DNA of 64,000 bases, from contig JAQGDQ010000110.1 in the NCBI GenBank assembly GCA_030141605.1, forward strand, positions 310,001 through 374,000, in the 5' to 3' direction. A program made the position numbers and the translations under genes. The notes beneath the pieces are model-generated. The model was not told the DNA's origin. It did not search any database and worked only from the letters and a program-made list of their open reading frames with translations. The first letter of the stretch is position 1. Every line of letters begins with the position of its first letter. This document shows, piece after piece, positions 25,783 to 64,000 of the stretch. This stretch comes from Tubiluchus corallicola. Taxonomy: Eukaryota > Animalia > Priapulida.

Positions 25783-28052
25783 ATGATAAAGCCTTATCGT
25801 GAACGCAAACGAACAATGGATTTCGACGTCACGTATAAAGTTTTAGTTGTTGGTGAAACCGGGGTGGGAAAAACCTCCTTGATAACTTCCATGAAAGGGG
25901 TGGAATTTCGCAAGAGTTTGCTACCAACTGTAGGCGTGGATTTTGTTAATCAAGACTTTGATATCGACGGTGTTCGGGTCAGATTGCAGATCTGGTGAGT
26001 TTAGCTTCACGCGTGCGGCTTTCCTATCCATTCAGCCAAGTAACGAAGTAACTTTGTTAAGCAATGCAAGAAACACTGAAAAATGCGTGTACATGCTAAA
26101 CAGTGCTGCGATTCACCTTGCTGCAAAAATAATTGAGAAAAAAACAAAATCTATGACAATACACAAACAGACAATATCCGTCAAAGATGTATACAGCTTC
26201 TTTATGTTTCTTGGTAAATAGAAACAAGTATTGACTTGGCTCACACAGTGCCCAAGTTCTACTTGTCTCAGATTTCAATCCACGTATTTAGCATTGCTGA
26301 ATTGCTTAACTGGTAATGTGTTGTTTCATTATTCTCAAGTAATTACATGATTATCTAATTGATCATTGTCCTAACAAGATGTATATTTGCATGCTGTTAA
26401 GTGAGTTATAATAAGTAAAAATTGGAAATAATGATTATCAGTACAATAATATAAAAGATATAATATAATATGATATGATATGATACGATACGATACGATA
26501 CGATACGATACGATACGATACGATACGATACGATACGATACGATAGGATACGATACAATAGGATACGATGCGATGCGATGCGATGCGATACGATACGATA
26601 CGATACGATACGATAGGATACGATACAATAGGATACGATGCGATGCGATGCGATGCGATGCGATACGATACGATACGATACGATATAATATAATGTAATG
26701 TAATACACTACTGTACAATATTGTATGTGGTTCCAATATACTTCTAAGTGTTGTTTAAATCATGAAAAACGGCACTCATAGTTTAGACATAGAAGTTTGT
26801 TTTCTGGCGTTTATTTTCATAGCACAACACTTTTTTCTGTTCTCCAAACTTTATTAGTTTGTAAGCTCAAGAGACGCCATTTTATAGGGACACTGCGGGA
26901 CAGGAGCGGTTTCGAACCATAACCAAATTCCAGTATCGAGGGACGAAAGGTGTTCTTCTAGTGTTCGACAAGACCAATCGGTTGTCATTCGAGAACATGA
27001 AGTATTGGCTGAGGTCACTAGAAGAAGAAGATCTGGACAATGAGCAGATGATTGTTGTGGGGAACAAGAGTGATTTACAGGATTGTGGACCAACTGTCTC
27101 CTCTACATATGCTGAACATGTAAGATAGTTACAGAATAATGTTAGCAATTATGTTATATTTGTTGTGGCATTGACGCAATAAGCATTGTATTATTTTCTC
27201 ATGGCATCGATTTTAGAAAGATTTTAGAGATTTTGTACGTTTATCTGCCCAGCTCCAACAAGTTAGATCTTCAACTAACAAAGGAAACTAAAACACTAAT
27301 ATATAAAACTTTAGTTCTACCACACTTCTTATATGGATGTACGCTACTTCAAAAAACCAAAAGAGAAAATTACTTAAAATTAAATCTCCTTCAAAACTAT
27401 GCGTTGAGATTGATAGCTGGGTACTCATACAAACACAAGGCAGGTAAACAAAAATTCAAAGCTTCAACAACTAACCTGAGAAAAACTTTAAAATTCCCAA
27501 TCATTGAAGCACACAAAGAATATTTTACTCTGCTTTTTATATTTAAATACATTAACAACATCAGCAAACCATTCCAGAATAACAGATTTACCTTTTTTCC
27601 AAATCCTATCGTTAATTCCAGAACAAGCAATCTAAAACAAATTAGGACAAATACCCACTATGGAACGAACTCTGTAATCAAACAAGCAATTTTACTTTGG
27701 AATTCTCTACCATTACAGGTTAAACAAATCAAGTCCCTATCAGCATTTAAAACAAAATTAAAATCACTAATATTAACCAGATATGAAATACCATCACACC
27801 AGTACGACAACATACACACTAATTCCGAATTCATATACCCACGGCCATATTAATTAAATCATAGTTTTTTTAATATTTTTTTGTGTATAGTTGTAAATAT
27901 GTTTGATTTTATTCGTCATTACTGCACAGTAGTTTAGATTGCACTGACGCATTTGCCTTCAGCAGTGTAAGTTTTTATTAACTAACACTGATTGATTATC
28001 TCTGTAAAGTTTTTATCAGTGATTATCAATGTTTTTAATGGCAAATAAAGAT

Positions 28053-28099
<47 letters not shown>

Positions 28100-31000
28100 T
28101 CGCCTGGCATAATAAAAACAAAGGAGGAATTTGGAGTGTCAGGGTGAGCTTCTAAACAAACAAACGCAACTGAACCCCTAAATAAATTTGAAAATGTTCT
28201 TCTTAGAAAACAATTTTTTCGGCTGAAAAACGTCGGCTGAGCATAGCGTCGAGCTCGCACCTACCCACACAATGTAGACACAGTATCTTTGTTATGTGGT
28301 TTTCGCATCGTTTTCATTTATATATTTAAAAAATGAAAACGGTATGAAGCGCCCCGGGGTTAAGAAGACGTGTACTCACGGTTGTATCTTTTCTATGGGT
28401 GAAATTAATAAATTTTCCTGTTTTGGGGGGTAATACTGTTAGCGTAAAGTAACAAAATTGCAGTTGAGGTTGAGGTTAAGGTGAGTGTACACAATTATAT
28501 ATAACATTGTAACCATAAGTAATTGCTAGGATTTTCAGCAACTATTCTCATCATTTGGTGAAATACGCTTTTTATTTAGCTTGGATAATGGCAACTGATC
28601 AGCTGTTTTTCTTGCGATTTTCAGTTTGCTAAAAGTCATTCTGTGCGGTACATGGAGACAAGCGCAAAAACTGGACAAAATGTTCACGAAGTGTTTCGAC
28701 AACTAGCCAAAGATCTCGTGGAATATAACGACTCAAAATTAGTAAGTATTTACCTCAGAAAATTTCGTAGGCACAAAAAATTTCCAACTATTTTATGCAG
28801 AACATATTCCTGGGGAACATTAGGTATTCATTCCGACAATTTTAGGGAAATTTTATTGTGAAACACAAAACTCTGAAACATCAACGTACAAAGCAGTTGG
28901 ACAACAAATGAAAACGTAAGTAATTGGGTTACTCGCTCGCGAAGTAACACTATAAAAAGGTCTATTATGTGATACTGTTCTCGCTCTTCGTTGTTGTTGT
29001 TGTTTATGTAATAAGTTTCATCAGTTTTTAATATTGTGACCGCACAATAGAGTTACAAAGAGAGTTTTAGGCTTTTGCGAAAAAACGGATACCATCACAA
29101 CGGTAAGTGGCGTTGTAAATGACAGGTCGAGGCAGCTACGTTGAAAAACTCAATAAGCAAGTAGCCCAAAGCATCGCATTCCACACTAATTTTAAATAAA
29201 GGAGTATCAGATTTACAAACAAGTTTTACGCAAATAAACAGCAATATCTAGTTACATCTGAAACATTCAGTGCGAGGATTGGGACTTGGCAATTGCTGTT
29301 TGTTTTGTGGCCATTATTCATGGCAATAGAATGGTTTTCACATGGCTTGTGTGTGACTAGGCGGAAGTGTTGCTTGTATGCTTAAGTCACTATAATGCCA
29401 CAGGCAGCGACGACTTGGCAAAAAGATCAAGGACGAAATAGTAAAAATAGCTAGCCTTACCGATTTCGTTTTTTTTTGTGGAGTACGCACAGTTGCATAC
29501 TTGAACACATGTAAAATAAAGAAACAAAGTAACTAAAAGACTAAACTTGTCTATGTACGTGACATTTAAAAAAGTAAATTTCACAAGGATGTGATCTGGC
29601 TAAACTGAATAAAGTTTACAGTAAGGACAAAACCTTGGCTATACAAACGAACGCTTAAACTTCCTTATATTTGAACGTAACAAATACGCAGAATTCATCC
29701 TTTTATTCTTTATGATAATACGTTTTCAACGATTTGAAAGGAAGCAATTCTGGTCTATTATATAAGAATGTAAAATCTCAAGGCGAATAATACCCAATGA
29801 AAACGCGTTTCTCAAATAGCCTCGAGGCAGCGAAGTCTCGGAGTTCACATAAATAAAGACGCCATAATGTATTGAACTATTGAAAATGCAGTGCGTAAAT
29901 GAAAGATAAAGAAACTTGGCCCTGTATATTTTGTTATTACGCTAGATAAAGGTATTTCTTGTTATTACGCTAGGTAAAGGTATATCTTGTTATTACGCAT
30001 GTTTCAAGTTAAGGAGTCCTGTGTTTAGCGTGTAGTTAGATGGTGACATTCTACTATCTAATTAATTAGATTATGACTGTTAGTACCAGAATGTTTATAA
30101 ACCATTGTTGTCATAAATTATTGTCCTTTGTGGGTAATGAGTTGAAGAAAGAAGGGAGACTCTGAAAAATTTTGAACCAGTCGGGATTTGAAACTGAGTA
30201 CTGGGATTATACGTCCCAAACGTCTGCCACCGAGCTATCAGTTCAACACGACAAAGCAGTCCCGAAAGCAAACGCAATGGTTTATGAACATTCTGGCATT
30301 CGCAGTCAAAACCTAGTTAATGATTATCGTTAATTATTGCCAGCTAATTTGAAAAGGTCCACCATCTGAATCTTGGAGTTTGGCAGAAAGTCAACCACAG
30401 GACTAATAGATATATCAATGTGTCTGTTCTTTTAGGGTCAGCTTTTAACATCTTTGTGACGTAGACAAGTTAGAGACTATAAAACAGATTGGAGATGTGC
30501 TTCTTCGTGTCGTTTGTTGACAGACTTGATAGATCTTCTTCTGATCATTTTAACTTAGGTTGTGTCGACCCTGCAGTAGAATAAAATATGCAAGCTTAAA
30601 GGAAATGTTTTATCCAAATTGCCTTCAAAACAAGCTGCAGATTACTGAAATATCTGCGACTTGATAAAGGTTAGATCAAAGGCACTCAATAAATCACTTG
30701 ACCTAGAAATGTTCATTACAGATCTGTTTTTTATATTTTGTCTATTTTCAACTCACGAACAATTATAAGCAGTAAGGTGGGACCATAGAAGATAATGAAC
30801 TTTATACTGGGATTTATAACCGTACAGACTTAGGATGGAAAAAACTTTCGTCACTCCTTAACTTGCTTCTTAGGACTGGACTTAAGATAAGGAAAGGCAT
30901 TTATTCGGGAAAATTAAACTTGATCGAGTAAAGCTCGTTTACAACAAGGTCATGATTAGTGGAAATCTCTAGTCTTGGACTGTTTTACGCTTGCAGTTTT

Positions 31001-31609
31001 GTATTCACTGAATGCGTGACTCGTGCAATGGAATCCCAGCATGGCCGAACTCCCTGTTATACACCGCATTTTTTCCGTCAGTTCATACCCAACTGTATAC
31101 CTTGATTGCCCGCGGCACTCAAACACACACACGTGCACGCGCGCACACACTGGTTCTAGTTATCCAAGTTGGATTTATCCAGCGCTTTATAATTTTTCAG
31201 TTTTGAGCTTTTTGCCATCTTGCAATTCTCATATTCCTGCAGTGAAACCTAGGCTAAGGAATTTTGCTAGTCTTTGACAGCCAACTGTTTGCAAATCGAA
31301 TATGTTTTCTGGACTGAGTAAATTTCTACCGTAAACTTTAGTTGTTGGTAAAATAATATAGGGTAGGGCGCTCATAGCTCTAGTAATCTGTATTATCATT
31401 GACAACACAATACTGATCAATAAAATATTTCACTGTATTTGTTTTTACAGTTAAATGCGTTCAACTATACCGTAAGAGATTTGACAAGAGTCAAGAAGGA
31501 GGATGAGGAGAAGAACAAAGAAGACTCGGCTAAACCTGCGTATTTACGCAGTGACAGCTTTAAACTAAGGGCGGAAAAACCAAAACAGTTAAATTGTTGT
31601 AAAACATGA
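25783..31609 (+). CDS. Divergent Rab-family small GTPase (Rab8/10/13-like; 239 aa, 4 coding exons)
   Basis: Exons 25783-25994, 26888-27119, 28625-28741 and 31451-31609 total 720 nt. G1 GETGVGKT, G2 PTVGVDF, G3 [18 protein letters not shown]4 GNKSD, G5 METSAK, C-terminal prenylation motif CCKT*. Probable 5'UTR intron at 25697-25773. Confidence 0.92.
26467..26703 (+). repeat. Pentanucleotide microsatellite (GATAC/GATGC)n
   Basis: Directly visible in the first coding intron of the Rab-like gene. Confidence 0.95.
27250..28096 (+). mobile_element. 5'-truncated L2/CR1-group LINE: ORF2 C-terminus, 3'UTR and (TA)n tail
   Basis: Open frame to 27853: TKTLIYKTLVLPHFLYG..LQNYALRLI..LLWNSLPLQVKQIKSLSAFKTKLKSLIL. 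It is followed by a ~200-nt UTR, AATAAA and a (TA)n run ending at ~28096. Confidence 0.85.
30175..30245 (-). mobile_element. Degenerate tRNA-derived SINE head or tRNA pseudogene
   Basis: Minus strand has A-box-like TAGCTCGGTGG and B-box-like GTTTCAAATCC at tRNA-like spacing; no clean cloverleaf. Confidence 0.5.
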
Positions 31610-32929
31610 CAAATGCTCAAGTTGTCTTCATCAGAGACTAAAACTTCATACGAACTTGTAAATATTTTCTGGCAAAAAACGAGTGACGTGCGCCTAAATC
31701 TGCAATCTGTGATCGGCGAAGGGTAAACTTGTGATGTGAGCATATGGAGTTTTATTTCAAGCAAAGTTTTTTATCTACAGAAAAAACTTGTGAAAATCAT
31801 GTTAACATAACAAGCAGAGACGGCACTTGTGCAGTTTTTGAATTGCTAGGAAGACTAACAAGTTTCAGCGTTTTAGAAGTAAGGACTAATGAGACAACGT
31901 TTTAAAGGCATTTCAAATAGGAGACGTGGCAGCTGTTGCTGTAAAAATAGACCTACTATAATAAAGCTTTTTCTGCGAACACCTAAAATTGATGTGCAAT
32001 CCGTTTACGCTGCTCTAATAAGCGGGTTTCCAGGAATTTAACAGGACCGAATAGTAGGAGTTGGAACTTCAATTATCACTTGCTTTTTCATTATGTTAGT
32101 GTCGACATCTACAGTCAAAATACGTTATAATGCACTCCTCGCCAAAATTGTTGGCAAAACAAAATGTCTGTATTTGTATAATAGACATAATGCAGCACGT
32201 TATAATGCCAAACTCGCTTAGCGCCAACTTTTAATGCAGTCCCGAGGCGGTATAAAGAGGTGACCAATGCTTTTCCAAAAATCTCACTAGTGTGTTCGCT
32301 TTTCACCGGGGTACACCACAAGTGCCTTAATTGCTAAATTATACAAAATTTTGTACTCCAGGTGCGTTCATATTGATGTGACTACCACAATGAAAATGAT
32401 AATTTGTTGAAGCCACGAGGTGTTCACATAATAAATTATGCGTAGAAAATTATCATTTGAACACGGTTAATTTTGAACATTTTGTAAAGATCAGTTGCAA
32501 TATGTGACTTAACTGATAAATAATGTGACTTTTAGGATCTTCCAATGGGGTTTCCATTGTTTGGTAATGAGTAATGATTTACGTTTTTTGCCAGGCAATG
32601 CTCTAGAGTTAGTCTCTTCTAAGAGAGATTTTTATTCACTGTATTTTAAAAACTGCTGTAAAATAACAAAAAATATATATAAATGCTTATAAAAACGTTC
32701 AGAGTTTTAAATAATATTTTTTCTTTATATTATTTTATTTTACATAAATGTAAATACTGGGCGATATTTTTGTAACAAATAGAAACTTTATGCTCTTTAT
32801 TGTTCTGAAAGAAAATAAATATTTTGACCTGATTGCAAAAAATTTTTGCTGGCATAGTTTTTCCACAGCAATTTGATTGTTACAGTTACTCAGTGTACAA
32901 TAACAGCATTTTACTGGCTTTTATGTTGC

Positions 32930-33055
32930 ATGACGACGACGACGATGATGATGATAATGATGACGATGACGACGACGACGAAGATGATGACGATAACGAC
33001 GAATAATGACGACGATGGTGTAGATGGTGGTGATGGTGGTGGTGGTGATAGTGAC
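32930..33055 (+). repeat. (GAT/GAC/GGT)n microsatellite
   Basis: Directly visible. Confidence 0.9.
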
Positions 33056-34077
33056 GGCTTGTTAACAGTATGTGAAAGAAAGCTAACTATTAGGATCTAC
33101 AAAAATGATAAAAAATGGAAAAATAAAAAATAGTGCAAAATAAGGAAACTAAAAGACTCTAGTAAGATCGTCAACTAAAAGGAAAGATGAACACGTTAAT
33201 TTGTTCTTAACAGTTTCAGCATTTAAACAGTTGAAACTGCTCATTTTAGCATAATTATTTCTGAGTTAGTTCTTATCACGAATGCCTCGAACGAGAAAAA
33301 ACCTGCTTCAAGGGTGTCGCCAATAACAAACCACTATTTGAATTTCATTTAAATCTAAAGCGTCCCGATTGCGCAGTTTCTGTTTTGGAGAACGACGAAC
33401 GAATCAGCTTCTGTTATTACAGATGCTGATCTAAACCAACTAGTGACGATGGATTTACCACTCTTAAAAACAAATAAATCTAGTGCAGGGGCCCACCCCG
33501 CTGCTAGTAGACACAGATCACTTTCACACAACAACTGACAACACGTTAGAACTACGAGAAAAAGGTTATTAAAAATATTTGTGCACGATAAAAACGTGGA
33601 GGACAGAAAATACAGTCCTTTTGTTATCGCGCGGATCAGGCATCGTGGATGATAATAGTTAATTTCTCATTTGAAGCCAGTGTGAGATCTGAGTTCAAAA
33701 TTTAAACAAATAGGAGAAGCCGCAGTGTGCTCGCGAAAACCAATTATGCCACGTGCAGAATCAAAGGAAATGAGAAAGCTTTAAAATTTGTGTCTTTCCT
33801 AATAACTGAAGATGGAATTTGGATAATTATAGATATGAAGGAATATAGATTAGTATGGATGTGTGCATGTGCATACTGAAATAAAATGTATTTCTATGAA
33901 AACTTCTTAGAATACAGAGCAGTTTTTCCAGATTAATTTGTACGATCTTATACGATGTTCTAGTATATAATCAAAATTGAAAGGAGAAGGCGTGACTAGG
34001 ACAAAGCAGATAATTCGTTAAGATGAATTCAGTATTTATATCTTCACAACTCTCGAGAAAGTTGTAACACAACAGAG

Positions 34078-62285
<28,208 letters not shown>

Positions 62286-62410
62286 ACATTTGTAATAGTG
62301 TACTAAGTGTTTCATCAGCTGCTTCTTATTGCTGTAATGTGTAGCATGTATCAGTGATGCATTCAGACAAAATGTTTGTTTAACTTTAAGTGTTTTAATA
62401 AGAAGTTAGA

Positions 62411-62416
62411 AATAAA
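62411..62416 (+). terminator. Candidate polyadenylation signal of the SVEP1-like gene
   Basis: First AATAAA after the stop codon, 125 nt downstream. Confidence 0.45.
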
Positions 62417-62434
62417 CATGAATTTACAGTGCTA

Positions 62435-63026
62435 CAGTAAACTCAGCATAACTCAAATTCGCATAACTGAAAGAATTTCAACGGAATAGATGAAATCATT
62501 CGTAATTTCCCACAAAAAGCATCAGTTTTTATCACAACCTGTAACTCAAAATTTATTATAATTCAAATGAAAAATTATGGTCCGTTTAATCAAAATACAT
62601 GTAATTTACTTCACCAACTGAAAAATGTAAACTGTACTCTAGAAAAATAAAAAGTTTCGTACAGCTCAAAAACAGTATAGTCTTCCGGGAAGATGAATAC
62701 TTAAGAGAGAGTGTGTGAATAATTGAATTTCGTACAAAGTGAACTGCAGTACGCAAGACATTAGTAGCCCCATTGTCATACTGTTTCACAGTGTTGTGTA
62801 CACGTCCCCTTGTAACATAAAAAAAACTGTGTTTCACTACGTAATTTGTTTTTCTTTATGTAATTGTCATCAAATCTTATCATTTATGTATATGAAGGTT
62901 GACTGTCTTCTATTTAGTTCGCCATCTGGAGGAGGGGTTTAGAGTTTCTATGCTGGGAAATGGTCAACATCGCCTTACTCAAAGTTTTTTCGGCCCCGTT
63001 GGATTTGAGTTATGCGGAGTTTACTG
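62435..63026. mobile_element. pogo/Tc1-type MITE, 592 bp
   Basis: TIR CAGTAAACTCAGCATAACTCAAAT versus reverse complement CAGTAAACTCCGCATAACTCAAAT (1 mismatch in 24); TA on both flanks. Confidence 0.9.
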
Positions 63027-64000
63027 TAAATAATTGCATTATGTGGAAGGCAAACGTTTGCTTCCTAAAGTGTATTGCCTTGTCCTCGGTGCTCCTGTCT
63101 TGTAGATTTTTCGACTTTCTTTCTCCTTTTATATCGACCAAGATAAAAAGTTATGTTAGGAGGAAAATGAAGATTCTCGAATGAACTCGTAACAGAAATA
63201 GACTGATTATTAGATTGCTTTCCAAATCTAAATTTCCATCTTAATCTTACCTAGAAGTCATGTAAGACTGTCTTTAAACTCTTAAACATTTTTGCCTGTA
63301 TCTGAATTCCATTTAAGAAGACCCTCTTTTGACACTTTGATCATCCCCGGCTGTTCTTGTTCTTACTTAAACCTCATTTCTTGAGCTGTAGTAAAAACTA
63401 TATGATAAAAAGGTACATTTTGTGGGGCAAATGCAGGCAGCAGAAGAGATAATAAAAAATAAAAGAAACACGTGTATATTATAGTGTAATTTCGTGCTTT
63501 TAAGCTTTGATTTAGTTCTTAACATTGTTTCATTTACAACTTGTTTTTTAGCTCACAAGTGATTTAGAGCAGGTCTGTCCATACCTACGTTAGTAATGAT
63601 CTACTTAGATTAAAGCATTATCTGACATAAAGAATCGAACGAGTTCACCAAAATTTGACACCTCAATTTCATATTTTCTTCCTTGTCATACTTTTTTCAA
63701 AGTATCAGAAATACTTTAAAATCATAATTTAAAATACTTTCTTTTTTCGAAAACTCGTAATGCATATTTAATTCAGCTCAGCTAACCTCTCACACACAAA
63801 AACACATGCAAAAAAGTGTTAGTGCGTATTATGGTAACAAAAAATAACATTCTGTCACAAGCAAAAAGTTCTGTATTAAAAATAAAACAAACGTCTCAAT
63901 CCAGGGAAATTGGCATAATAAAAATTCTGAATTAATCACACTTTTTAAATACTGTAATCAAAGTATGGTTATTTTGGTTGTTGAATGGAAAACTGAACTG

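Noticed and set aside
26371-26736. Repetitive IVSYR/DTIRY ORFs
   Set aside because: Reading frames of the (GATAC)n microsatellite.
30175-30245. Functional tRNA gene
   Set aside because: A and B boxes are present but stems do not pair and there is no clear anticodon arm; treated as a SINE remnant. A similar decayed head may lie near 35190-35260.

Overview
AT-rich, intron-containing animal genomic DNA, probably from an invertebrate; the species cannot be assigned from sequence alone. I spliced four protein-coding genes by hand, and exon phases are consistent in each. (1) The 3' part of MOCS3/UBA4 (+, 379-3905), which contains an intron with a U12-type 5' splice site. (2) A complete Rab8 (-, 15058-8027, 7 exons, 209 aa). 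(3) A divergent Rab GTPase (+, 25783-31609, 239 aa), head-to-head with Rab8 and sharing all three of its coding-intron positions with it. (4) A 22-exon, ~2340-aa secreted protein (+, 34078-62285). Its N-terminal ~80% follows SVEP1/Polydom, but it ends in a BMPER/Crossveinless-2-like VWC-VWD-C8 tail instead of the long sushi array, and it carries a ~320-aa acidic insert with 23 N-glycosylation sequons before a furin site. Introns and intergenic DNA hold hAT and pogo/Tigger MITEs, a foldback element with a nested Helentron-like end, L2/CR1-group LINE fragments, an internally deleted RTE element with a 17-bp TSD, tRNA-derived SINEs, and many micro- and minisatellites. I found no CRISPR array, rRNA or convincing tRNA. 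Family assignments come from motif recognition, not from database searches.
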